Below, in pieces: positions 1-8,642 of a stretch of DNA of 64,000 bases. The position numbers and the translations under genes were made by a program. The notes beneath the pieces were generated by a model. The model was not told where the DNA came from. It saw only the letters and a program-made list of their open reading frames with translations, and searched no databases. The stretch lies in assembly GCA_902614915.1 (NCBI GenBank), contig CACMMX010000008.1, forward strand, positions 9,155-73,154, in the 5' to 3' direction. The stretch comes from an uncultured Cryomorphaceae bacterium (GTDB lineage Bacteria; Bacteroidota; Bacteroidia; Flavobacteriales; Schleiferiaceae). The first letter of the stretch is position 1. Each line of letters begins with the position of its first letter.

Positions 1-82
1 GAATTCTCCTGCAAATATAGGCTTTAGCTTGTGTTGATTAACATATTTACCTTAACTTCAACGCGCTATTAATCACTTTTGT

Positions 83-2110
83 ATGAAAAAAATTCTACTC
101 TCTCTTTTAATGGTAGTCTCATTCGCTACAACATCTAGCGCTCAGTACTATCACATTGCTCCAGCAGCAGGCAATCCAAATGGTGTGAATCAAGAAGATT
201 CCGAATATCCTGTGACAGGTGGCCTACCAGCTACTTGGTCATCGATTATGGGGTCTGCACAAATCGCAGGAACTTACACAGCTCCACAAAATCTTCCGTT
301 TACATTTTTATTTAACGGTAATCCTGTCAGCACCTACAGAGTTTCCAATACGGGTATAGTAACCTTCTCTCAAAAAGCTTCTCTTGCTAATAATAGTGCA
401 GGTGGTAGAGTAGCTTTAAATGGCGCAAGCGTTCCAGATTCTTCGGTTTGTGTTCTCGGATTGAATGGTCAAGGAACCAATGATGAAATCGCGATAAAAA
501 CCTTCGGTACGGCACCAAATCGTCAGCATTGGGTTATGTTTTCGTCGTTTAGTTTCACAGGAACGACGACCAATCACTGGACCTATTGGTCGGTTGTATT
601 TGAAGAAACAACTAATAACATCTATATCGTTGATCAGCGCACGGCAAACTTTTCAGGTTCTGTTAATATAGGTGTAAGAATTGATGCTTCGAATGTTGAT
701 GAAATTACTGGGGTTACAAGTGCATCTACAAATTTACCAGATCCTTCAGACAATACGCATTACAGTTTCATTCAAGGTGTACAACCGGACTACGAAATGC
801 AAGGTATAAGTGTAAATCTTAATAATTATTTACCATTGACCTCTGCCCCATTCACTGTTAGTGCGGACTTCGTAAATAATGGTGCAGTAACTATTACTAG
901 CGCAGACCTCATGGTCAGTATAAATGGAGCAACTCCAACAACTACTGCTCTAACATCCCTTAATATTGCGTCCGCAAGTTCAGCTACCGTATCACAAAGT
1001 TCAGGCTGGACTCCGACTGCATCCGGACCTTATACGGTTGAGGCTTGGTTAACCAATCTAAACGGAGGTAATGTAGATAGTAATCCAGGAAATGATAAAG
1101 CCTCGAAATCGGTTCAAGTCGTATCTGCATTAACCACACGTTATCCATTATTCGAGACCTTTACCTCCTCTACTTGTCCTCCGTGTGCGCCGGCAAATAC
1201 GCAAATGGAAAGTGTATTCGCCCAAAATCCTGGTGAGTACAGCTCCGTAAAGTACCAAGTGAGTTTCCCAGGATCAGGTGATCCTTACTACACCACTGAA
1301 GTCGGTAACCGAAGAGGTTTTTATAGTATAAATAGTGTTCCTCGAGTCGAAATTGATGGCGGTTGGGATCAAAACGGAAACAGTGTTACTCAGGCTGTAT
1401 TTGATCAATTTCAGAATGTTCCTGCATTTGTGCAAATGGCAGCAACGTACAGTAGATTTTCGAAATCAATTGAAACAACCATTGATATCACACCATTAAC
1501 TGATATAAATTCAAATAACCTGGCACTCTACGCTGTTATTTATGAAAGTACAACCTACAATAACGTTGGAACCAACGGCGAAACGGAATTTTTCAATGTA
1601 ATGAAAAAGATGATGCCTTCCGATCAAGGTCAGAGTCTAGGTCCACTAACTCAAGGTACAACGGTGAGCAGAACCTTGAGTTATACCTTTAATGGTAATT
1701 ATAGATTGCCGGCGAGCGCACAAGCACCAGCAAATCTAAATACAGAGCATACGGTTGAAAATTTCAATAACCTCGGTGTTATCGCATGGCTCCAAGACAA
1801 GAATACTAAGGAAATATTCCAAAGTGTTGATGCAACCTTTACCATTGGTCAACTTGAAAATGAATTAGCCGCAGCCATAAGCATTTATCCAAATCCTGCT
1901 ACAGACTTTATTGCTGTTGAAGGAACCTTTGAAGGAACTATCAACGTTCAATTAGTAAGTCTATTAGGACAAGAAATAGAAGGATTTAATGGCAAATTAA
2001 CTTCAGGTAGTACGTTACATATCCCAACTGAAGGACTCGCGAAAGGAACGTACTTAGTCGTAGTCAGTAAAGAAGGTACTACTCATGCTGAACCAGTTGT
2101 TATTCATTAA
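83..2110 (+). CDS. Secreted T9SS cargo protein with a thioredoxin-like CPPC segment (Omp28-related-like), function unknown
   Basis: 675-aa ORF. Has a Sec signal (MKKILLSLLMVVSFATTSSAQ), an internal STCPPCAP motif, and a C-terminal ~80 aa (IYPNPATDFIAVEG...GTYLVVV) matching the T9SS type-A sorting domain pattern. Confidence 0.6.
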   Translation: MKKILLSLLMVVSFATTSSAQYYHIAPAAGNPNGVNQEDSEYPVTGGLPATWSSIMGSAQIAGTYTAPQNLPFTFLFNGNPVSTYRVSNTGIVTFSQKASLANNSAGGRVALNGASVPDSSVCVLGLNGQGTNDEIAIKTFGTAPNRQHWVMFSSFSFTGTTTNHWTYWSVVFEETTNNIYIVDQRTANFSGSVNIGVRIDASNVDEITGVTSASTNLPDPSDNTHYSFIQGVQPDYEMQGISVNLNNYLPLTSAPFTVSADFVNNGAVTITSADLMVSINGATPTTTALTSLNIASASSATVSQSSGWTPTASGPYTVEAWLTNLNGGNVDSNPGNDKASKSVQVVSALTTRYPLFETFTSSTCPPCAPANTQMESVFAQNPGEYSSVKYQVSFPGSGDPYYTTEVGNRRGFYSINSVPRVEIDGGWDQNGNSVTQAVFDQFQNVPAFVQMAATYSRFSKSIETTIDITPLTDINSNNLALYAVIYESTTYNNVGTNGETEFFNVMKKMMPSDQGQSLGPLTQGTTVSRTLSYTFNGNYRLPASAQAPANLNTEHTVENFNNLGVIAWLQDKNTKEIFQSVDATFTIGQLENELAAAISIYPNPATDFIAVEGTFEGTINVQLVSLLGQEIEGFNGKLTSGSTLHIPTEGLAKGTYLVVVSKEGTTHAEPVVIH

Positions 2111-2136
2111 CAGCCCAAAAGAATAAATATTAAAAT

Positions 2137-2163
2137 AAAGGGCGGCCTATGGCCGCCCTTTTA
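2137..2163 (+). terminator. Intrinsic terminator hairpin
   Basis: AAAGGGCGGCC-tat-GGCCGCCCTTT perfect GC-rich stem followed by a T run, 27 nt after the stop at 2110. Confidence 0.75.
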
Positions 2164-2200
2164 TATTATAAATGAATGAATTAGGTGTATTTTTGCCACC

Positions 2201-3631
2201 ATGGTGAAAAGAAAAAAAAGGATTCCGAACTTGCAGCGAATTCAACTTACAGATATTGGAAACAAGGGCAAGGCAGTGGGTCGTGATAAGGAACGCATAG
2301 TCTTTGTTTCAGGCGGAGTACCTGGCGATACCGTAGATGTACAAATCACCAAAAAAAGACGCAATTACCTTGAAGGGAAGGTAGTCAAAATACATGAATA
2401 CAGCCCTGATCGCGTGGAGCCTGTATGTCAAGACTTTGGAGTATGTGGTGGTTGTAAATGGCAGAATCTAGATTACTCAAAACAATTGGAATACAAAGAA
2501 AAAGAGGTTCGTGAAAACTTAAGGAAAATTGGTCATGTTACCCCCGAGGTATTTCAACCCATCTTAGGTAGTAAACAAACCTATTTCTATCGTAATAAAT
2601 TGGAGTTCAGCTTCACTGACAATAAATGGCTCACTCAAGAACAACTAGATGGTGGTTTAGAATATCCCGAACGCCGCGGAGCTGGATTTCACATTCCAGG
2701 TTTCTGGGACAAGGTTTTGGATATAAATAAATGCCACCTACAATCTGAACCAAGCGATGCCATTCGAAATTTTGTGCGAGATTGGGCCATTAAAAGAGAC
2801 TTACCCTTCTTCAATGCTCGAAGTCAAGAAGGATGGCTTAGGACCATGATGATTCGAATAGCAAGTACCGGAGAAATATTAGTGTTGCTTCAATTCAAAT
2901 GTGAAATGGAAATAGAGCGCGAGGCTCTGCTATCTGACATTTCAGCCGCATTCCCAAAAATTACTACCCTTCAATACGTCATAAATGAAAAGCAAAATGA
3001 CTCTATTTACGACCAAGAAGTCGTTACCTACAGTGGTCCAGGTTATATTCAGGAGGCCATGCCCAAATACAGCGGTAACGGTAAATTAAGGTTTAAAATA
3101 GGGCCCAAAAGCTTTTATCAAACAAACCCTTTACAGGCTCATGAACTCTATAAAGTGGTTCTAGATATGGCGGGTATTCAAAAGGAGGATGTCGTTTTTG
3201 ACTTGTATACCGGTACGGGAACCATTGCTCTTTTCATAGCAGAAAGGGCCAAGGAAGTTATAGGTGTAGAATTAATACCAGAAGCTATATTGGATGCTAA
3301 AGCCAACGCTAAAAAAAATGGTATTAAAAATGTTTCCTTCTACGACGGTGATATGAAAGATATTTTTACCGACAAGTTTTTGGCCAAGCATGGAAAACCT
3401 AACATATTGGTTACAGACCCACCTCGTGAGGGCATGCATGCTAGGGTAGTTCAATCTCTGCTTTATCACGAAATACCAAAGATTGTATACGTCAGTTGTA
3501 ATTCAGCCACACAAGCACGTGATTTAGGTATGTTAAAGGAAAAGTACACAATTAAGGAAAGTAAAGCGGTTGATATGTTTCCTCACACACACCATGTTGA
3601 AAACGTTGTTCAATTGGTGCTAAAGACGTAA
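2201..3631 (+). CDS. rlmD: 23S rRNA (uracil-5-)-methyltransferase, RumA/RlmD family
   Basis: 476 aa. Has an N-terminal TRAM-like segment, an Fe-S Cys cluster (CQDFGVCGGCKWQ), a SAM-binding DLYTGTGTI motif and the C-terminal catalytic VYVSCN motif. Confidence 0.85.
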   Translation: MVKRKKRIPNLQRIQLTDIGNKGKAVGRDKERIVFVSGGVPGDTVDVQITKKRRNYLEGKVVKIHEYSPDRVEPVCQDFGVCGGCKWQNLDYSKQLEYKEKEVRENLRKIGHVTPEVFQPILGSKQTYFYRNKLEFSFTDNKWLTQEQLDGGLEYPERRGAGFHIPGFWDKVLDINKCHLQSEPSDAIRNFVRDWAIKRDLPFFNARSQEGWLRTMMIRIASTGEILVLLQFKCEMEIEREALLSDISAAFPKITTLQYVINEKQNDSIYDQEVVTYSGPGYIQEAMPKYSGNGKLRFKIGPKSFYQTNPLQAHELYKVVLDMAGIQKEDVVFDLYTGTGTIALFIAERAKEVIGVELIPEAILDAKANAKKNGIKNVSFYDGDMKDIFTDKFLAKHGKPNILVTDPPREGMHARVVQSLLYHEIPKIVYVSCNSATQARDLGMLKEKYTIKESKAVDMFPHTHHVENVVQLVLKT

Positions 3632-3640
3632 ATTCAGTCC

Positions 3641-4138
3641 ATGAGTTCGAAAACACCAGAAATCTTAAGTTCAGAAGATATTCTTCATAAAATTCAGCGG
3701 TTAGCCTGGGAATTAAATGATAGACACAGTAAAGCTGAGCAACTATATGTAGTTGGTATTCAAGGAAATGGATATTGGCTTGCTCAGCAACTTGTAACAA
3801 AATTAAAGTCAATTAGTGACATTAATATAAACCTGTTTGAATTAGCCTTAGACAAGAACAATCCTAACCTTGCTGATGTAAAGATTTCATTACCTAGCGG
3901 CGCGCATGTTGCACTTGTGGATGATGTACTAAATAGCGGACGCACTCTTTTGTGGGCGGTCATAAAACTTATGGAATTCCATCCGCAACAATTGAGTACC
4001 ACAGTTTTAGTTGATCGCAGTCATAAAAGGTATCCTGTTAAAGCAGATATCAAAGGAATAAGCCTTAGTACAACCTTACAAGAAACAGTACAACTAATCG
4101 TAGAAGCCGATAAGGGAGTAAAGGTGTGCCTACTTTAA
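3641..4138 (+). CDS. Type I phosphoribosyltransferase family protein
   Basis: 165 aa with PRPP-binding loop VALVDDVLNSGRTL. Distinct from the PyrR at 48058..48603. Confidence 0.65.
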   Translation: MSSKTPEILSSEDILHKIQRLAWELNDRHSKAEQLYVVGIQGNGYWLAQQLVTKLKSISDININLFELALDKNNPNLADVKISLPSGAHVALVDDVLNSGRTLLWAVIKLMEFHPQQLSTTVLVDRSHKRYPVKADIKGISLSTTLQETVQLIVEADKGVKVCLL

Positions 4139-4633
4139 AAGTTTCGCAAGATCAATTACGTTGATTCCAACGCCAACCACCCGGTGCTTAGACAGACTAT
4201 AGAAGGGCCTGCGCTCAAATAAATGTTTGGCTATGAATTCCATTTTATCTTTATGGTTTTTAAGAAGAGGCCTATCCTCGTGATCTTCTAAACGGGACAT
4301 CAGTTCTTGAAGAGGGACATCCAGAAATATTGTTTGTCCACTATCATTTAACATCTTCATATTGTTATAGAACACGGGAGTACCACCTCCAGTGGCAACA
4401 ACTGCAGATTCAGGTAATGACTCTAGAATCTTTTTTAACGTTTCATGCTCTTGTTTTCTGAAATAAAGCTCACCATATTTTTCAATCGCCTCTTCAATAC
4501 GCATACCCATCTGTTCTTCTACCTTATTGTCTAAGTCTACAAATGGACAATTGAGTTTTTGAGACAATTCTTTACCAAGAGTAGATTTTCCCGAAGCCAT
4601 ATAGCCGATTAAGAAAACTTTTTGTTCTTGCAT
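4130..4633 (-). CDS. aroK: Shikimate kinase
   Basis: 167 aa with Walker A GYMASGKSTLGK and GGG motif ATGGGTPVF. Length and layout are typical of AroK. Confidence 0.85.
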   Translation of the reverse strand: MQEQKVFLIGYMASGKSTLGKELSQKLNCPFVDLDNKVEEQMGMRIEEAIEKYGELYFRKQEHETLKKILESLPESAVVATGGGTPVFYNNMKMLNDSGQTIFLDVPLQELMSRLEDHEDRPLLKNHKDKMEFIAKHLFERRPFYSLSKHRVVGVGINVIDLAKLLK

Positions 4634-4729
4634 AAGTTATAAAATTACAATGTTTGTTGAGTATAAGTTTAGACTGTTCAAAGTTCTTGTTTTTTTATTG
4701 AGCTACATTGTGAAAAATAATTTCATGGT

Positions 4730-4737
4730 TATATTTG
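4730..4737 (+). promoter_or_regulatory. Bacteroidota -7 promoter box (TAnnTTTG) for tRNA-Lys
   Basis: TATATTTG lies 24 nt upstream of the mature tRNA 5' end. The same box occurs before the other tRNAs in this window. Confidence 0.5.
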
Positions 4738-4761
4738 CAGCCCGCAAAGCGGACTAAGGTT

Positions 4762-4834
4762 GATCTCTTAGCTCAGTTGGTAGAGCAATACACTTTTAAT
4801 GTATGGGTCCAGGGTTCGAGCCCCTGAGGGATCA
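4762..4834 (+). tRNA. tRNA-Lys (anticodon UUU)
   Basis: Cloverleaf read by eye. Acceptor GATCTCT/AGGGATC, D-arm GCTCAGTTGGTAGAGC, anticodon loop CTTTTAA, T-arm CAGGGTTCGAGCCCCTG, discriminator A, no encoded CCA. Confidence 0.9.
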
Positions 4835-4904
4835 CTAAAAAACATCAAAACCCCAGTATTTACTGGGGTTTTGTCGTTTTTGGTGTCCACTTTGGTGTCC
4901 ATTA
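4835..4904 (+). repeat. tRNA-trailing module, copy 1: hairpin plus tandem 12-mers
   Basis: Hairpin AAAACCCCAGT-attt-ACTGGGGTTTT, then TGGTGTCCACTT/TGGTGTCCATTA. Roughly 80 percent identical by eye to 8504..8573. Confidence 0.8.
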
Positions 4905-4931
4905 TAGATTGTTTTCCTTTATGTAAATTAG

Positions 4932-5741
4932 GTGTTTATTAAAACTATAAAATTGAAGAGCACCTTACTAATTCTAACTTTAGCTATCAGTGCGACATGT
5001 TCCGCCCAAAATGTAAAACTAAATTCTGGTAGGATTTGCATTTCTAATGATAAGAGTTTCGATTATACCTATGAGGAAGTTATTGCTGATTTAAAAGGTA
5101 CAGCATTAAGGAAGGCAGGTGTAAAGGAGCGCATAATGGAATTTGCTAACCTCACAATTACTGAAAAAGAACAGGAAATTCGCGAAGTATTCTATTCTAA
5201 CTTTTTATCTACAATCAATGGAACTATTAAAAATTTTCAGGTCACCGATGTAAAACGAGGATATGATGAAGAGCTAGATTGTTATTTTCTAGATTTAAGT
5301 GCTAAGGCGAAAGTTAAAAAGTATAAAACCAAAACTGATCCAAAGTTCCAATTCACTGTTTTAGGTATTAAAAATGGCTACAAGAATAATGAAGGAATTC
5401 AGTTTACTGTGGAACCCTATTTAGATGCGTTCGTAACAATCTTCTATATTGGAGAAAAAGAAGCGTCTAGAATTTATCCATTTGAAGGCAACGATTCTTT
5501 TATTCCTATGGGCTCGCAAAAGATCTTTAATCAATTTGGGGCATATACTGACCAGATAGCAGAAACCGGTCGTATTTTAATTGTACTAACTAAAGAGAAA
5601 ATACCCTTCGTCTGTTCTGAGGAAGATGAAAGTGGGTTTTACACTGTTACCTCAATAGATGAGATATTTAATTGGCTTTTATTGATTGAACCAGATCAAA
5701 GAACTCAATCTTACCATGAAATCGGGATTGTTGCCGATTAA
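4932..5741 (+). CDS. Exported hypothetical protein, C-terminal half DUF4384-like
   Basis: 269 aa with a GTG start and a signal peptide ending ISATCSAQ. Residues ~150-230 (FQFTVLGIKNGYKNNEGIQFTVEPYLDAFVTIFYIGEKEASRIYPF...GRILIVLT) resemble the DUF4384 pattern. Convergent with the caspase-like gene. Confidence 0.4.
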   Translation: MFIKTIKLKSTLLILTLAISATCSAQNVKLNSGRICISNDKSFDYTYEEVIADLKGTALRKAGVKERIMEFANLTITEKEQEIREVFYSNFLSTINGTIKNFQVTDVKRGYDEELDCYFLDLSAKAKVKKYKTKTDPKFQFTVLGIKNGYKNNEGIQFTVEPYLDAFVTIFYIGEKEASRIYPFEGNDSFIPMGSQKIFNQFGAYTDQIAETGRILIVLTKEKIPFVCSEEDESGFYTVTSIDEIFNWLLLIEPDQRTQSYHEIGIVAD

Positions 5742-7504
5742 AAGCTCCAATTTCTCCATGAACCTGCTACTTTTTCACTGGTATTGACCACAGGATCTTG
5801 CTCCTTCTCGTTGACATTGATAGATGTTACGGAAACCTTTGAATTTATATAGTCTGCTAAATCACCATAGGAAATATCCCCTTCACTTTCTTGAAGCTTT
5901 TCTAACAAATAGTAAGTAAATAAGCCATGACCTTCTTGGTGATAAGGGAGTGCTGATTGTTCACCGCTACTGGCCGAGAAGACGACAACATTCCCGTTCA
6001 ATATTTCTTGCTTGGGTTTAACTCTCACACCCCGGGCAGCAACTAAACCGGCATTCCTTCCAGAACCGGTGAAACAAGCGTCTAAGAATACGGTTATTTT
6101 AGCACCTGTATTTCCGAGTTTCTTGAACAAATCATGCAGTTTAAAGGCGTAAGATAAATCTGTCCCAGATACATCGACAGGAATCAAATATGGCTCTTTT
6201 GTCTGCTCATCAGGAAATCCATGCCCGGCATAATAGACGATTAATTCCACTTGAGGACCAATTTTTTCCATCAACTTAATCACTTTGTTGAATTTCTGAT
6301 TCATTGAACCAGCAGTTGCGTTGGTTATGTAATCTAAATTCTCCTCTTTTACGCCAAAAGTCTTCAGGCAATACTCTTTGAAGACTTTAGCATCATTTAC
6401 CGCGTAATCTACATTTTGCTCTGCATTCAGAGACCTTTGATACGATTGGTAGTCTTCATTTCCGATGACAATAGCATATCGATTATCTACCTTAATGTTA
6501 GTGGGTATGTTTAGGTCCACTGCGGAGGACCCTACTTTGATCGAATTTGAACCTATTTGAGTTGCCGTCTTGGTTGAAGAATTTAGCTCAGGTAACTCAA
6601 TTTCCGTAAAACTGTAATCGATTTCTGTAGTGGAGTATTTTTTTGAATCTCCAATGTCATATTGAAATGTTAGTCCGTTTTTTTTGTTGTGAAAGGTTAG
6701 AGAGGATAAAATAAATTTATCGTCACCAAGAATAAAATCGGAATCGTAAGTAATCCAGGGGCCATACAATTCTATATAATCTTTGTTACCACTGAGTATT
6801 TCGTCCTTAAACTGAGGCGCTCGATCAATTGGTACAGGTATAATAAAATCCCCCGCGGAATGTTGCATTAAAAACGTTTCATTTTCAGTATCATATCTTC
6901 CTATTTGTATCTTTTCCTTTTGCCACACATTTTTACGAAAATGCCCTTTTAACGAATCAACAACCTCTTTTTGATACTCCCTGATTTTTTGACTACGATT
7001 ATCTTCTGTTACTCTTACTTGAAAAGCAGCTAATTTTTCAAACTCTCCTTTTTGTTGCCATTTATTAATCTTTTGTTCAACTAGACATTTGATTTGAGCA
7101 ATCAGATCATAATTCGTTCTGATTATATTAGGAGCTCTAAACTCCTTGACAATGCACTTAGTTCCCACATCATTAACCCCTATTTTTCCTATCATGGATT
7201 CATTGAGTTCAATACTGTAGGATCCAATTATTAGGATGTTTCCCTCCAATTCCCATTTATCGTTGATTTTATGCCATTGCGACTCCTCTGCATATTTCCA
7301 AAGAGATTTGCCGTCCTCCAGTAATTTTCTTTGGTAAAGCGTCCCCGGTGCAAGAAAACATTCCCATGTTATTTCAGCATTTATAAGATCTTCTTCAGTC
7401 CATTGTTTAAAACCAGTGCAGGGAACCTGTGCTATAATTGTTGATGGACAGAGCAATAAAAGCGAGAGATAAAAAAAAGTAATACGAAAAAGATTTTTTT
7501 TCAT
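5738..7504 (-). CDS. Exported caspase-like (peptidase C14) protein with an unrecognised ~330-aa N-terminal region
   Basis: 588 aa. Signal peptide is MKKNLFRITFFYLSLLLLCPSTIIAQ. The C-terminal domain has YAIVIGNEDY, catalytic-His motif YYAGHGF and catalytic-Cys motif FLDACFTGSG. Confidence 0.75.
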   Translation of the reverse strand: MKKNLFRITFFYLSLLLLCPSTIIAQVPCTGFKQWTEEDLINAEITWECFLAPGTLYQRKLLEDGKSLWKYAEESQWHKINDKWELEGNILIIGSYSIELNESMIGKIGVNDVGTKCIVKEFRAPNIIRTNYDLIAQIKCLVEQKINKWQQKGEFEKLAAFQVRVTEDNRSQKIREYQKEVVDSLKGHFRKNVWQKEKIQIGRYDTENETFLMQHSAGDFIIPVPIDRAPQFKDEILSGNKDYIELYGPWITYDSDFILGDDKFILSSLTFHNKKNGLTFQYDIGDSKKYSTTEIDYSFTEIELPELNSSTKTATQIGSNSIKVGSSAVDLNIPTNIKVDNRYAIVIGNEDYQSYQRSLNAEQNVDYAVNDAKVFKEYCLKTFGVKEENLDYITNATAGSMNQKFNKVIKLMEKIGPQVELIVYYAGHGFPDEQTKEPYLIPVDVSGTDLSYAFKLHDLFKKLGNTGAKITVFLDACFTGSGRNAGLVAARGVRVKPKQEILNGNVVVFSASSGEQSALPYHQEGHGLFTYYLLEKLQESEGDISYGDLADYINSKVSVTSINVNEKEQDPVVNTSEKVAGSWRNWSF

Positions 7505-7618
7505 GTTGATGTACTTAAACCACTCAAATTTATTGAAATCTAGTTAAGCGTTAGAAATTCAATTAAAAGTCATTTTTAAAAACTAACTACTAACAACAAT
7601 TAGATAAACTTTTCAAGC

Positions 7619-7626
7619 TAAATTTG
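7619..7626 (+). promoter_or_regulatory. Bacteroidota -7 promoter box for tRNA-Leu
   Basis: TAAATTTG lies 10 nt upstream of the tRNA 5' end. Confidence 0.5.
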
Positions 7627-7636
7627 CATCTCATTT

Positions 7637-7720
7637 GCCCAGGTGGTGGAATTGGTAGACACGCCATCTTGAGGGGGTGGTGCGAGTATTCGCGTGCAAG
7701 TTCGAATCTTGTTCTGGGCA
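7637..7720 (+). tRNA. tRNA-Leu (anticodon GAG)
   Basis: 84 nt class II tRNA. Acceptor GCCCAGG/TCTGGGC, anticodon stem CCATC/GGTGG with loop TTGAGGG, long variable arm, T-loop GTTCGAATC. Confidence 0.9.
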
Positions 7721-7726
7721 CACTTA

Positions 7727-7754
7727 AACCCTGACCGCTATCGGTCAGGGTTTT
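7727..7754 (+). terminator. Intrinsic terminator hairpin after tRNA-Leu
   Basis: AACCCTGACCG-cta-TCGGTCAGGGTT followed by TTT. Confidence 0.7.
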
Positions 7755-7813
7755 CTATTGATTTTAATCACCTTATAAATCAAACCTTAAGCAAAGTAAA
7801 ATGTTAAATAAAC

Positions 7814-8299
7814 ATGAAACTCCTTATTGTATCAATATTCCTACTATTCACATCACAATCTTGTGATGCTCAAAACAGCAGAAAAATGAGCAACGAAAAG
7901 AATTCCTTTGAGATAGTCAAATCCGAAGAAGAATGGCAGAAGCAACTCTCCTCTGAAGAATATTATATCCTTCGCCAGAAAGGAACAGAACGTCCATTTA
8001 CTGGCGAATACAATATGCATTTTGAAAAAGGTGTATACATATGTCGCGGATGTAATACTCCCCTCTTTAAATCTGATTCCAAGTTTGATAGTCATTGTGG
8101 ATGGCCTTCTTTTGATACCGAGATAGAAAGTGGTGCAATTATTAAGAAATTAGACAAAAGTCACGGAATGCTGCGGACTGAAATACTTTGTGCAAAATGT
8201 GGTGGACATTTGGGTCATGTTTTTAATGACGGCCCAACAGAAAGCGGTCTAAGATATTGTGTCAATAGTCTAAGTATTTCATTCGATAAAAAAGAATAG
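7814..8299 (+). CDS. msrB: Peptide-methionine (R)-S-oxide reductase MsrB with a lipoprotein-type signal peptide
   Basis: 161 aa. Has two zinc CxxC pairs (CRGC, CAKC), GHLGHVF and the catalytic RYCVNS motif. The N-terminus MKLLIVSIFLLFTSQSC looks like a lipobox signal. Confidence 0.85.
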   Translation: MKLLIVSIFLLFTSQSCDAQNSRKMSNEKNSFEIVKSEEEWQKQLSSEEYYILRQKGTERPFTGEYNMHFEKGVYICRGCNTPLFKSDSKFDSHCGWPSFDTEIESGAIIKKLDKSHGMLRTEILCAKCGGHLGHVFNDGPTESGLRYCVNSLSISFDKKE

Positions 8300-8410
8300 T
8301 AAAACTTCAATAGGTTTGAATTAGAATATTTTCAAAGAACCATTATTCAATTATTTCTGATTTGAATTGAAAAACTAAATATCGAGTATTGCAAATAGTA
8401 AGAACGTGTA

Positions 8411-8418
8411 TATATTTG
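8411..8418 (+). promoter_or_regulatory. Bacteroidota -7 promoter box for tRNA-Val
   Basis: TATATTTG lies 10 nt upstream of the tRNA 5' end. Confidence 0.5.
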
Positions 8419-8428
8419 CATCCCTATC

Positions 8429-8503
8429 GGGCGATTAGCTCAGCTGGTTCAGAGCACCTGCCTTACAAGCAGGGGGTCACTGGTTCGAATCCAGTATCGC
8501 CCA
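8429..8503 (+). tRNA. tRNA-Val (anticodon UAC)
   Basis: Acceptor GGGCGAT/ATCGCCC, D-arm GCTCAGCTGGTTCAGAGC, anticodon stem CCTGC/GCAGG with loop CTTACAA, T-loop GGTTCGAATCC, discriminator A. Confidence 0.9.
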
Positions 8504-8573
8504 CTTAAAACAATAAAAACCCCAGTATTTACTGGGGTTTTTTCATTTTGGGTGTCCAAATGGGTGTCCATTT
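8504..8573 (+). repeat. tRNA-trailing module, copy 2: hairpin plus tandem 12-mers
   Basis: Hairpin AAAAACCCCAGT-attt-ACTGGGGTTTTTT, then GGGTGTCCAAAT/GGGTGTCCATTT. Homologous to 4835..4904. Confidence 0.8.
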
Positions 8574-8642
8574 TATCTGACTAATGCGAGCAGCACTTGC
8601 AATGGTACTTTTTTGAAAATAAATATTGAGTAATATTACCTT

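Noticed and set aside
3641-4138. Second PyrR regulator.
   Set aside because: Only the generic PRPP-binding loop is shared. The protein is shorter, is not linked to pyr genes, and the true PyrR sits upstream of pyrB at 48058..48603.
4932-5741. Possible bacterial gasdermin next to a caspase-like protease, since its size of ~270 aa fits.
   Set aside because: The protein has an N-terminal signal peptide. It is convergent with the protease rather than co-directional, and its C-terminal half looks DUF4384-like. The protease is itself predicted to be exported. None of this fits the cytoplasmic gasdermin-protease operon architecture.
4762-8573. Classical tRNA-targeted genomic island or prophage remnant.
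   Set aside because: No integrase, excisionase, transposase or phage gene is present. The direct repeats do not include the tRNA 3' ends as att sites normally do, and they follow two different tRNAs. The repeat is kept only as an open observation.
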